Shown: positions 37,299-46,555, counted from the first letter of the stretch. The stretch: DNA of 47,561 nucleotides from an uncultured Erysipelotrichaceae bacterium (GCA_902783985.1 CACZTI010000061.1:1-47561); one strand, 5' to 3'. Made by a program: numbers and translations. Notes: a model not told the origin generated them from the letters alone.

Positions 37299-40200
37299 TT
37301 AGCATGGGCTTCCACAAATCATACCATCAAAATTACCTGTTACAGGATCATGGCAAGTGGTAAGATGTTCTCTCTCACCACTACATGAACGAACACATCC
37401 TGTCCAACGATAGCATTCTTCTTTGATAGTTAATGTTGCCACATTTGATTCTGAAGACGTATTATAATTAGCATTTCCAGCCTTTCTTGCTTGTATTTCC
37501 CAAGTACCGATTTCTTTTCCGCAAGCGGTATTAGTTTTGTCCGAACTCCAAGCCGACCAAGAACCACCAACATTTCTCCATCTATATTCTGTGGTTAATC
37601 CTGATGTTCCACCAGTTTCTCCTATACAATGGGAATTACCATCTTTATCAAAAGAGGCATTAGATAACGTTGGGGCAGTTGGAGTAGCTTTATTTATTTT
37701 CCAACTTACTGAACATGATCCAGTATAGTTCCCCGAACCAGTACATGTATATGAATATGAATTAGCATTGGTTGCTGAGGTTGTTCCACTTGTTGCACTA
37801 CTTCCTGTTGGACATGATACTCCACTATTTTGTGATCCACCATTGTATGTTCTTGTTGCTCCTGTTGGACAACTTCCTATTGCTTTTGGATTTATTTTCC
37901 AACTTACTGAACATGATCCAGTATAGTTTCCCGAACCAGTACATGTATATGAATATGAATTAACATTGGTTGCTGAGGTTGTTCCACTTGTTGCACTACT
38001 TCCTGTTGGACATGATACTCCACTATTTTGTGATCCACCATTATATGTTCTTGTTGCTCCTGTTGGACAACTTCCTATTGCTTTTGGATTTATTTTCCAA
38101 CTTACAGAACAACTACTTGAGAATTTATATCCTGCATTTGATGTACAATTATGATAATATGTATTGGCATTTTGAGCTTTAGTAGTCCCACCGGCACTAC
38201 TTCCGCTTGGACATGTTACTCCACTATTTTGATCTGCGCCATTATATGTTTTATCAGCAGGACTTCCTGGACATGCAATGGTCATTCTATTTACTGTTGC
38301 TGTATACGTCTTACTTACTCCATTATAATTTGTTCCAGCAGCTTGCGTAATTGTTATTGTTGCCTTTTTACCATCAGCTGTTGTTGCTTGTGGGATTATT
38401 GTTAGAGTCTTTCCACTTACACTACATTTTGCAACAGATTGATCACTTGATGTACAACTTAATGCTCCATCTCCATCTGTCGTTATTGTTACTGTTCCGT
38501 TTGTTCCATATGTTAATGTCCCACTTGTTACATTTAAACTCATTGTGGTATTCTTTCTATTTATTTTCCAACTTACTGAACATGTATTCGAAAATTTATA
38601 TCCCGCGTTTGCTGTACAACTATGATGATATGTATTGGCATTTTTTCCTTTTAAATCTCCTCCTGCTGTACTTCCATTTGGACATGTTACTCCACTATTT
38701 TGATCTGCTCCATTATATGTTTTATCAGCAGGACTTCCTGGACATGCTAAAGTCTTTCTATTTACTGTTACACTATATGTTTTACTATTTGCAAGATAAT
38801 TTGCTGTTTCTGCTTGACTTACTGTTATTGTGGCAGTTTTATTATCTGCACTATTTGCTTGTGGTATTACTGTTAAAGTATTTCCACTTATACTACATTT
38901 TGCTACTGCTTGATCACTTGATGTACAACTTAATGCTCCATTACTATCTGTTGTTATTGTTACTGTTTCATTTGTTTCATATATTGCTATTCCACTTGTT
39001 TTACTTAATGACATATCTGGTAATTTTTTCTTTATATTACATACAAATGTCTTATCTGTTGTTGTTCCATCACTCCATGCTAATCCATATAATATTTTTG
39101 CTGTTACTGTATAATTTCCTGCATTTGTTCCTGTGTTATTTACAAATGTTACTCCACTTGGTGGGGCTACCGTTATTTTTTGACTCTTTGTATTATATGT
39201 TATATCATCACAATAAATATTCGTTGTTACATTTACTTTATCGGTATGTTCTGTCGTTAACATATGTGTCTTTTTTTGCGTTACTACTGTATTATTTGTT
39301 ACTTCACTTCCATTGTACATCCATTTTATTAACTTTTTATTATATATTCCTGGTAATTTATCTAAATATCCATATGGTTTTCCTGTTACTACTTCATATT
39401 GTTCGGTTGTTCCATCATCATATTTTAATGTTATATAATATGATACATCAAATTTACTACTTTTTTCTGTTTTATTTCCTACAACATCATATACTCTAAC
39501 ATTTAATTGATAACTTCCACTTTCTAACTTTTCATTGATATTATATACATTACTTGCTAATGTTTTATAATCACTATCACTACATGTTTCATTTGCTTTC
39601 TTTAGACAATATTCTATTTTTGATACTCCCATATCATCTTTGACATTATCTAATTTTATATTAACATTCTTTTTGTCTGTTCCATCTGTTATCGTATATC
39701 TATTTTCATTCTTTATTTCAAATGTAGGAGCATCTTTATCTATTTTGACATTGATTACTCTATCATCTGCTACTTTCTCTCCGTTTCTATTATAGGCTGA
39801 TACTAAATAACTTCCTCCATCATTGATTGTTATAGTACACTTCTTACTTACCGCTACACAATGATCATTTACTTTATCAATGCTATAGTATGCTATATCT
39901 TCTTTATCTAAATATAATTCTACTTGTATTCCTTCATTTATTACTTCAACGTTTTTATATGATAACAATGGATTATATCTAATTCCTGTATTTACTCTTT
40001 TTGCTGATACATTTATCGTTCCTGGTACATATCCTTGACAAAATTTTCCATCACTTTCATAATCTAAACATTTCAAACATACTTCATAATCATATGTATT
40101 GGTTACACTATCACGAAATACATAGACATCACCTTTTTCACATGTTCCACCTTTTTTATCTTTTACTGGTGATACATAATTACCACTTTCTAAGTTTTCT

Positions 40201-40415
40201 AATGCAACTATATTGTATCCCTTTATTGGTAATTCTTCACGATTCTTCTCGAAATATTCATTTCCTGATAATAACAAACTATTTTCTATTGTTTTATAAT
40301 AATTATCGCTTGCTGTATCAAAAATATAGTTATAACTTATTATTCCTATTCCTCCCAACAATGCAATAATTACCATTGTTACTATTAATTCAACTACTGT
40401 AAATCCCTTTTTCAT
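37299..40415 (-). CDS. Giant (1038 aa) prepilin-type N-terminal domain protein with Ig-like and cysteine-rich repeats; probable pilus-displayed or cell-surface adhesin
   Basis: MKKG|FTVVELIVTMVIIALLGGIG class III signal with E at +5. A pilin-like head ends in YEVCLKC. Big_2-like segments (SSDQAVAKCSISGNTLTV..ATITV) follow. The KTYNGADQNSGVTCP...CSVSWKIN module is repeated 4 times. The last 38 aa contain 6 Cys. RBS AGGTGA. Confidence 0.8.
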   Translation of the reverse strand: MKKGFTVVELIVTMVIIALLGGIGIISYNYIFDTASDNYYKTIENSLLLSGNEYFEKNREELPIKGYNIVALENLESGNYVSPVKDKKGGTCEKGDVYVFRDSVTNTYDYEVCLKCLDYESDGKFCQGYVPGTINVSAKRVNTGIRYNPLLSYKNVEVINEGIQVELYLDKEDIAYYSIDKVNDHCVAVSKKCTITINDGGSYLVSAYNRNGEKVADDRVINVKIDKDAPTFEIKNENRYTITDGTDKKNVNIKLDNVKDDMGVSKIEYCLKKANETCSDSDYKTLASNVYNINEKLESGSYQLNVRVYDVVGNKTEKSSKFDVSYYITLKYDDGTTEQYEVVTGKPYGYLDKLPGIYNKKLIKWMYNGSEVTNNTVVTQKKTHMLTTEHTDKVNVTTNIYCDDITYNTKSQKITVAPPSGVTFVNNTGTNAGNYTVTAKILYGLAWSDGTTTDKTFVCNIKKKLPDMSLSKTSGIAIYETNETVTITTDSNGALSCTSSDQAVAKCSISGNTLTVIPQANSADNKTATITVSQAETANYLANSKTYSVTVNRKTLACPGSPADKTYNGADQNSGVTCPNGSTAGGDLKGKNANTYHHSCTANAGYKFSNTCSVSWKINRKNTTMSLNVTSGTLTYGTNGTVTITTDGDGALSCTSSDQSVAKCSVSGKTLTIIPQATTADGKKATITITQAAGTNYNGVSKTYTATVNRMTIACPGSPADKTYNGADQNSGVTCPSGSSAGGTTKAQNANTYYHNCTSNAGYKFSSSCSVSWKINPKAIGSCPTGATRTYNGGSQNSGVSCPTGSSATSGTTSATNVNSYSYTCTGSGNYTGSCSVSWKINPKAIGSCPTGATRTYNGGSQNSGVSCPTGSSATSGTTSATNANSYSYTCTGSGNYTGSCSVSWKINKATPTAPTLSNASFDKDGNSHCIGETGGTSGLTTEYRWRNVGGSWSAWSSDKTNTACGKEIGTWEIQARKAGNANYNTSSESNVATLTIKEECYRWTGCVRSCSGEREHLTTCHDPVTGNFDGMICGSPC
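37693..38105 (-). repeat. Near-perfect 198-bp (66-codon) in-frame tandem duplication, about 2.1 copies
   Basis: Unit starts lie at 37693, 37891 and 38089. Copies 1 and 2 differ at 3 of 198 nt (one V/A change and two synonymous changes). Confidence 0.9.
38085..39020 (-). repeat. Older, diverged tandem duplication of a roughly 157-codon module (residues 466-620 and 621-777)
   Basis: The protein-level repeat runs from LSKTSG..TITTDSNGALSCTSSDQ..CSVSWKINRK to LNVTSG..TITTDGDGALSCTSSDQ..CSVSWKINPK. Confidence 0.8.
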
Positions 40416-40428
40416 ATCTCATCACCTA

Positions 40429-40953
40429 TTACATAAAATATATTAAACTAACAACCAATACCACTAAAAAGAAAACACTTATTAATAAAATTGATTTAAA
40501 TGAAGCAAAACCGGAATAAGCTGGAGTTAAACGTCCATTATCATAATTTAATTCATCATTTAACTTAAGATTTAATTCATTAATCTTTATAACTTTATTA
40601 TACAAACTATTTCTAATTTTATTAATATAACTAATATCAAAACCATTTAATTGTATTTTTCTACCATTTTTAAATTGAGCATAATACTTACAATAATCTT
40701 GTTTTCTATCATATTGATACTTTTCATCAACAATAACAGATGAATTCTTATAAAAACTTAATAAAGTATCAAGATTTTCATCAAATAAATCCATTGGAAA
40801 AAAGAAACAAGTTTTATTAGAACCACCTGAATTCATATTAAAATTAAATTCAATATTTTCATTTTTTTTAACAATTTTCATACTTGTTTTACAATCTTTG
40901 TTTTCTTTTCTAAAATATAAATTCATTATACTATATAAATATTCAATATTCAT
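40429..40953 (-). CDS. Tail-anchored hypothetical protein (C-terminal TM helix), coupled between ftsK and the giant pilin-like gene
   Basis: ATG 40953 lies after AGGTGGTG. The ORF opens at GTG 40962, directly abutting the ftsK stop. C-terminal ILLISVFFLVVLVVSLIYF. Confidence 0.55.
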   Translation of the reverse strand: MNIEYLYSIMNLYFRKENKDCKTSMKIVKKNENIEFNFNMNSGGSNKTCFFFPMDLFDENLDTLLSFYKNSSVIVDEKYQYDRKQDYCKYYAQFKNGRKIQLNGFDISYINKIRNSLYNKVIKINELNLKLNDELNYDNGRLTPAYSGFASFKSILLISVFFLVVLVVSLIYFM

Positions 40954-40962
40954 AAACACCAC

Positions 40963-43266
40963 CTATATTATTTCTTCATCGTCAGTATTATTCAATTTAA
41001 CTAAAACTTCTCTAGGTTTACTACCATTCATTGGACCAATAATACCTCTTTCTTCTAATAAGTCGATTACTCTCGCAGCTCGATTATAACCAAGTTTAAA
41101 TCTTCTTTGAAGAAGTGATGCTGAAGCTTTTCCAGATTTAACAACAAACTCTACGATTTCATCATATAATGGATCATCATATTCTTCATCTTTATCCATT
41201 GCTTCCCCAACTCCAGTAGTTTCACCCTGAACATGATCAAGATTTTCGAATCTTGCATCATACTGAGCCACTTGTTCTTTACAAACAAATTCAACAATTC
41301 TTAATATTTCCTCTTCACTTATCCATGCACCTTGAATTCTTGTTGGAGCATTTTCTCCTTGTGGTAGGAATAACATATCACCTTTACCAAGAAGTTTTTC
41401 AGCACCTTGCATATCAAGGATTGTTCGAGAATCAATTCCTGATGATACAGCAAAAGCAATTCTTGTAGGGATATTAGCTTTAATAACACCTGTAATAACA
41501 TCTGTTGAAGGTCTTTGAGTAGCAATAATTAAGTGAATTCCAGCAGCACGAGCCATCTGAGTAATTCTCATAATACTATCTTCAACTTCTTTACTAGCAA
41601 CCATCATTAAATCCGCTAATTCATCTACAACAACGATAATATATGGCATTTTTGCCATTTTATCTTCTTGACTGCGATTTTTATTTTCCGTTTCAACCTT
41701 TTGATTATATGACTCAATATTCTTAACTTTACTTTCTTCAAAAACATCATATCTATGTTCCATTTCCGAAACAATCATTTGTAATGCAGCTGATGCTTTT
41801 TTAGGATCAGTAACAACAGGTCTTAATAAATGAGGTACACCATTATACATTGATAACTCTACTTTTTTAGGATCTACTAATAATAATTTAACTTCATCTG
41901 GTTTACAACGCATTAATATACTTGCCAAAATACAGTTAATACAAACAGATTTTCCGCTACCAGTAGCTCCGGCAACTAACATATGAGGTGTTTTATTAAT
42001 AGGATACATTCTAATTTCACCTTTAATATCTTTACCTAATGCCATTAATATCTTATTTGGATTAACTGGTTCACTAACAAGTTTTTCCATTATTTCACGA
42101 ATATAAACAATTGTTGCTGTATCATTAGCTATCTCAATACCACATGTACTCTTTCCTGGAATTGGAGCTTGAATTCTAACATCTTTTTTAGCAAGAGCTA
42201 AAGATATTTCTTTGTTGATACTTGTAAGTCTTGATAACTTAGTACCTGCCTTAATAGCAAGTTCATATTGTGTACAAGCAGGTCCAACTGTTACTGCAAC
42301 AACTTTACCAACAACACCAAATTCATTTAGAACCTCTTCTAAAATATTAATATTCTTTTCAATATTATCTTGATTATTTGTTTTTGATTTTTCTGGTTTG
42401 TTTAAAAGACTCGTTGGTGGCAAATGATAATTATAATTATCTATTATTTTAACAGGAGTTTTAATTCCTTCCTTATCGTCATCTTCTTTTTCTTCTTTGA
42501 TATCTGGTTTATTTCTATTTTTTATTTCATCTAAACTATTAATAATCACTTTATTAGATGTTTCTTTATCTTCTTTTATTGTATCATCAATATTGGTATT
42601 ATCATTAATTTTAACATCAACAACAGAATCATCACTTACCCCAATTAAATGACTTTCTCTTTCTTTCTTTTCATGTTTTGGAACAAGTTCTTTACTCTTA
42701 TCATAACCTTTTCTAATTAATTCAACGATTGAAATACCAGTGAATAATGTAAATCCTCCAATAATTAATATCCAATAAATGATTCTTGTACCTTCAAGGG
42801 CAAATAAAGAATAACAAAGGCTTAACAATAATCCTCCAAGTATTCCTCCACCAATATTAGCAAATACAGCATCACGACTAGCACCATTAACCGTTTTAAA
42901 AACATTTATTGTTTCATTAAAAGTATTATTAATAATGCTTTTCCATGTACTACCTTCTTCAATATAATTAATATGTACTAATATTAATACCCCAATAATC
43001 ACTAAAGAAAGACCTATTATCTTAGAACTTAAAAAATCAGGATATTCTTTATTAAACAAAACATATAACCCTATTAAAATAATCAATACCAAAGGAACTA
43101 GATATAAACTCCCAAACAAAAAGGCAAAAAAAGCACAAATTAATTTGCCACAAGGACCATATCCACATATTCCTAAAACACCTAATAAAATTAAAATAAT
43201 TCCATACACTTCAATACTTAAAGAAAACTTCGTTTTTGTTTCTTTTTTTCTTTTTCTCTTTGCCAT
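40963..43266 (-). CDS. ftsK: DNA translocase FtsK/SpoIIIE
   Basis: Four or five N-terminal TM helices, a linker, the motor with AGATGSGKSVCIN Walker A, and a gamma winged-helix C-terminus (LLQRRFKLGYNRAARVIDLLEERGIIG). Confidence 0.95.
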   Translation of the reverse strand: MAKRKRKKETKTKFSLSIEVYGIILILLGVLGICGYGPCGKLICAFFAFLFGSLYLVPLVLIILIGLYVLFNKEYPDFLSSKIIGLSLVIIGVLILVHINYIEEGSTWKSIINNTFNETINVFKTVNGASRDAVFANIGGGILGGLLLSLCYSLFALEGTRIIYWILIIGGFTLFTGISIVELIRKGYDKSKELVPKHEKKERESHLIGVSDDSVVDVKINDNTNIDDTIKEDKETSNKVIINSLDEIKNRNKPDIKEEKEDDDKEGIKTPVKIIDNYNYHLPPTSLLNKPEKSKTNNQDNIEKNINILEEVLNEFGVVGKVVAVTVGPACTQYELAIKAGTKLSRLTSINKEISLALAKKDVRIQAPIPGKSTCGIEIANDTATIVYIREIMEKLVSEPVNPNKILMALGKDIKGEIRMYPINKTPHMLVAGATGSGKSVCINCILASILMRCKPDEVKLLLVDPKKVELSMYNGVPHLLRPVVTDPKKASAALQMIVSEMEHRYDVFEESKVKNIESYNQKVETENKNRSQEDKMAKMPYIIVVVDELADLMMVASKEVEDSIMRITQMARAAGIHLIIATQRPSTDVITGVIKANIPTRIAFAVSSGIDSRTILDMQGAEKLLGKGDMLFLPQGENAPTRIQGAWISEEEILRIVEFVCKEQVAQYDARFENLDHVQGETTGVGEAMDKDEEYDDPLYDEIVEFVVKSGKASASLLQRRFKLGYNRAARVIDLLEERGIIGPMNGSKPREVLVKLNNTDDEEII

Positions 43267-43292
43267 AATGCACTCTACTTTCTTATATATCC

Positions 43293-43321
43293 ATTATAGT
43301 AAATATTTTGTTTTTTTTCAA
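43293..43321 (-). promoter_or_regulatory. Sigma-A type promoter for the ftsK operon
   Basis: Minus strand: TTGAAA, 17-nt spacer, TATAAT. Confidence 0.7.
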
Positions 43322-43352
43322 GTTAAAATGCTCTAAAATTTAGTTTTTTTTA

Positions 43353-43380
43353 ATTTAAAAAAAATACTTAGAAAAGTATT
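43353..43380 (-). terminator. Terminator of the two-gene unknown cassette
   Basis: AATACTT-TTCT-AAGTATT on the minus strand overlaps the stop codon and is followed by T8. Confidence 0.7.
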
Positions 43381-43909
43381 ATTTTACTTTTTTAAGTATT
43401 TTATGATTATCTTCATATTGATCATTTATGATTAATAAAAATTTACTAATATCCCATGATACATTTTGATTATCAATAATTCTTTCATATTTATTACTGT
43501 TATTAATTAATATTTTTAAAATTTCACGAAAACTAATTGATGTGAAAAAATATTCAGAAGATTTTTCGAAAGCAATATTTTGACCATTAGGATTATATGT
43601 CAATATACCATTTTGATATATAAATGTACCCTTAATAATGCTTTCAGGATCTCTTAATATAATAACATTATTTTTAATATCATATACCATCATTCCCATC
43701 GCAGGACTATCACATTTATAAAAAATATTTTGAAATTTCTTGATATCTTCTTGATTTTGAAAATCAAAGTTCTTCAATATCTTTTCAGGAATATAATCTA
43801 CATAAACATAGTGTTTATCAGTATTTTTTATTTTATCAAATAAATTTTCATTTTCAAGAATATTTATTTCATCAATTTTAATTATTTTATCATTATATAT
43901 TTTTTTCAT
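43379..43909 (-). CDS. Hypothetical 176-aa cytoplasmic protein
   Basis: ORF with AAGAAAGAGG-like RBS. I recognise no motifs. Confidence 0.55.
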   Translation of the reverse strand: MKKIYNDKIIKIDEINILENENLFDKIKNTDKHYVYVDYIPEKILKNFDFQNQEDIKKFQNIFYKCDSPAMGMMVYDIKNNVIILRDPESIIKGTFIYQNGILTYNPNGQNIAFEKSSEYFFTSISFREILKILINNSNKYERIIDNQNVSWDISKFLLIINDQYEDNHKILKKVK

Positions 43910-43938
43910 AATAACCTCTTTCTTATAATAATTTTATT

Positions 43939-44733
43939 CTATTTTTTTAAAACTTTTTCTTTATTTTCTTGAATAAAATTCGCATAGTGTTTTCCAATTC
44001 TTTTATAGCCCCTAATTCCATTTAAATAAAAATTTATTATTTCTGTAACCCTTATTATTTCATTATAACTTCTTCCTTTTATCATACCCAAATCATTTAT
44101 TTTATTAATCATATATGAACAATATTCTTTCATCATTTCAATATCAATATCTAAATTATTATAATTAAGATATTCTAAAGAAAATAATTTGATGAATAAT
44201 TCTGTAATAATATCTTCATTATTAATACTTAACTCTTTAATAGCTACAATAATACTTTTATATAAATTTAATATTTCTTTATTACCACTAATAATATAAT
44301 CATTATCATATGTTTTATCTAGTTCTTCAATTTTATCTAAATAATTATATTGATATGCACCATCATAACCTGTATATATTTTATAATTTTTCATATTTCT
44401 CATATGTAAATTAATATCTGGTATATCAACATTGATAATTGTCGATAATTCTTTATTTAACCTATCATGATTATGAACTATTGTGTCTTGATTATATAAA
44501 CCAACATTATTAAAAGAATGGTAATCAATAACATCTTGAAATATTAAATCTTTTAATTCTAAATACATTGTACGATAATCTTCATCAGTAAAATTTTTAA
44601 AAATATTTAAAAATAATTCTTCTCTTCTTGTAAAATAATCTGACATATATAATTCTTTAACTTTATCCCTAATTTTATTAATCCACCAATAACTAGTAAT
44701 TTCAAAGGGATTTAAATCAAATTTATCAAACAT
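43939..44733 (-). CDS. Hypothetical 264-aa cytoplasmic protein
   Basis: ORF with GGGAG RBS. I recognise no motifs. Confidence 0.55.
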   Translation of the reverse strand: MFDKFDLNPFEITSYWWINKIRDKVKELYMSDYFTRREELFLNIFKNFTDEDYRTMYLELKDLIFQDVIDYHSFNNVGLYNQDTIVHNHDRLNKELSTIINVDIPDINLHMRNMKNYKIYTGYDGAYQYNYLDKIEELDKTYDNDYIISGNKEILNLYKSIIVAIKELSINNEDIITELFIKLFSLEYLNYNNLDIDIEMMKEYCSYMINKINDLGMIKGRSYNEIIRVTEIINFYLNGIRGYKRIGKHYANFIQENKEKVLKK

Positions 44734-44751
44734 ATAAACTCCCGTGTGAAT

Positions 44752-44760
44752 ACTATACCA
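44752..44760 (-). promoter_or_regulatory. Extended -10 element (TGGTATAGT) for the two-gene cassette
   Basis: Lies directly downstream of the ruvB terminator and 19 nt upstream of ATG 44733. No good -35 was seen. Confidence 0.45.
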
Positions 44761-44761
44761 T

Positions 44762-44794
44762 AAAAAAAGAAAAAAGTTAAAAATTTAACTTTTT
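44762..44794 (-). terminator. ruvB terminator
   Basis: AAAAAGTT/AACTTTTT hairpin followed on the minus strand by a T-rich run. Confidence 0.65.
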
Positions 44795-44800
44795 TTGACA

Positions 44801-45799
44801 CTAAAATAATCTATCTTGATATTCTATCTCTAAATGTTCATATGCTTTTTTAGTAACTACTCTTCCTCTTGCGGTTCTTTTAATATAACCATTTTGAAGT
44901 AAGTATGGTTCATAAACATCTTCAATAGTACTTATCTCTTCTCCAATACTAGACGCAATTGTTTCAATACCAACTGGTCCACCATTAAATTTTTCAATTA
45001 TAGCACGCAAGAATTGATGATCAGTTTCATCTAATCCCACTTTATCTACTTTAAGTCTTGATAATGCTTTATCCGTTATCTCATTATTTATTTCTTCTAA
45101 TCCCTCAACAAGAGCAAAATCACGTACTCTTTTAAATAAACGATTAGCAATTCTTGGAGTTCCACGACTTCTTTTGGCAAGTGATATTGCAGCATCATGT
45201 GATATTGGCATATCAAGAACCCTACTAGTTCTTTCAATAATCATTCTAAGTTCATCTTCATCATAATATTTAAGTTTACAAGTAATACCAAATCGATCTC
45301 TTAATGGACTTGTCAAGTCACCTGCTCTTGTAGTAGCACCAACCAAAGTAAATGGTGGTAAATCAATTTTTATACTTCTTGTATTATTATCACTTCCAAT
45401 AACAATATCCAATGTAAAATCTTCCATTGCTGGATAAAGTATTTCTTCAATGAATCTTGGCATTCTGTGTATTTCATCAATAAATAAGACATCACCTGGT
45501 TCAAGAGTTGAAAGTATTGCAGCTAAGTCACCTGATTTTTCAATAGCAGGACCACTAGCAGTTTTTAAATTACTTCCAAGTTCATTAGCAATAATATTAG
45601 CAAGGGTTGTTTTACCAAGTCCTGGTGGACCATATAAAAGTACATGATCAAGTGGTTCATTTCTCATTTTAGCAGCTTCAATAAATACTTTAATATTTTC
45701 TTTTACTTCACTCTGACCAATATATTCATCAAGACTTTCTGGTCTAATACTACTATCCTTATCTTCATTTAATTCTTTTGCATCAAGTACATCTTCCAT
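44801..45799 (-). CDS. ruvB: Holliday junction branch-migration helicase RuvB
   Basis: [28 protein letters not shown] and VLFIDEIHR. Confidence 0.97.
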   Translation of the reverse strand: MEDVLDAKELNEDKDSSIRPESLDEYIGQSEVKENIKVFIEAAKMRNEPLDHVLLYGPPGLGKTTLANIIANELGSNLKTASGPAIEKSGDLAAILSTLEPGDVLFIDEIHRMPRFIEEILYPAMEDFTLDIVIGSDNNTRSIKIDLPPFTLVGATTRAGDLTSPLRDRFGITCKLKYYDEDELRMIIERTSRVLDMPISHDAAISLAKRSRGTPRIANRLFKRVRDFALVEGLEEINNEITDKALSRLKVDKVGLDETDHQFLRAIIEKFNGGPVGIETIASSIGEEISTIEDVYEPYLLQNGYIKRTARGRVVTKKAYEHLEIEYQDRLF

Positions 45800-45881
45800 T
45801 AAAACACCATCCTTCTATTTCTATCTAATTGTATCATAATAATATTTTTTATTTATTTTATTTGACAATATTTTGACAAAT

Positions 45882-46355
45882 TTAATTATTTATTTCTTTC
45901 ATCATTTGTTTTTTTATTGAATCTATATCTGTAAAAAATAAATTAATACCCCTAGTTTTTAATTTCATTAAATATTCAAAATAATATAAAATTTCTTCTT
46001 TTATTGATTCAACAACTTTAGCAGGTTTACCATCACTTGTTAAGTGAATATGATCAATATATTTTTCTAATGTTGGAAAAGCATTTTGTAATAAAATAAC
46101 TGATTTTTCACCTAAAATTTCTCTAATTAGTATTGTATCACATCTACCAAATTTCTTCATTTTATTATCAACTATTTTTTTATACTTATCAACTTTACTA
46201 CTTAATGGAATAAACCACAAAATATCTCCTTCTTTTATTGTAAAATATGTGGGTCTCTTTTTACCCCTTTCATGATTAGTCATTAAATTTTTATCATTTA
46301 CAATATCAAAAAATTCATCTTTTATATGATATAAGTATCCTGTTTGAATTTCCAT
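45882..46355 (-). CDS. Type III toxin-antitoxin toxin, ToxN/AbiQ-family endoribonuclease
   Basis: Collinear with ToxN/AbiQ as I recall them: YLYHIKDEFFDIV, KKRPTYF, WFIPLSSKVDKY, LLQNAFPT. ATG 46355 follows AGGAGAT. The ORF opens at 46376. It is preceded by an RNA repeat array and a terminator. Confidence 0.75.
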   Translation of the reverse strand: MEIQTGYLYHIKDEFFDIVNDKNLMTNHERGKKRPTYFTIKEGDILWFIPLSSKVDKYKKIVDNKMKKFGRCDTILIREILGEKSVILLQNAFPTLEKYIDHIHLTSDGKPAKVVESIKEEILYYFEYLMKLKTRGINLFFTDIDSIKKQMMKEINN

Positions 46356-46384
46356 AAAACCATCTCCTATTGACATTCTAACAC

Positions 46385-46421
46385 AAAATAAAAGAAAACT
46401 CTATATAATATAAGAGTTTTC
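46385..46421 (-). terminator. Attenuating terminator between the antitoxin repeats and the toxin gene
   Basis: The minus strand reads GAAAACTCT-10 nt-AGAGTTTTC followed by TTTTATTTT. Confidence 0.8.
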
Positions 46422-46424
46422 TAC

Positions 46425-46530
46425 ATTTTCACCCGGAATAATTTATTACTCACACCATCCGGAAGTGAGAAACATTGTCGACCGGAATAATTTATTACTC
46501 GCAAGCCATCCGGGAGCGAGAAACATTTAC
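46425..46530 (-). ncRNA. Type III antitoxin RNA: 2.1 tandem copies of a 49-nt repeat
   Basis: The minus strand reads AATGTTTCTCGCTCCCGGATGGCTTGCGAGTAATAAATTATTCCGGTCGAC, then AATGTTTCTCACTTCCGGATGGTGTGAGTAATAAATTATTCCGGGTGAA, then AATGT. The internal stem CTCGC/GCGAG versus CTCAC/GTGAG shows one compensatory pair change. Confidence 0.7.
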
Positions 46531-46555
46531 ACACAAATTTCTTTGATGCATAATT

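Noticed and set aside
37537-40369. A series of plus-strand ORFs (for example 38351-39499 at 382 aa, 37772-37963, 37970-38182 and 40001-40369) lies opposite the giant pilin-like gene.
   Set aside because: They are antisense to a well-supported 1038-aa gene and translate to L/H/F/Y low-complexity strings. They repeat only because the sense gene is repetitive, and they have no RBS. They are artefacts of codon composition.
20014-40962. A type IV pilus or competence pseudopilus assembly locus around the prepilin-type genes.
   Set aside because: No ATPase, platform protein, prepilin peptidase or additional minor pilins are encoded next to either gene. The neighbours are tkt, a hydrolase, ftsK and tig.
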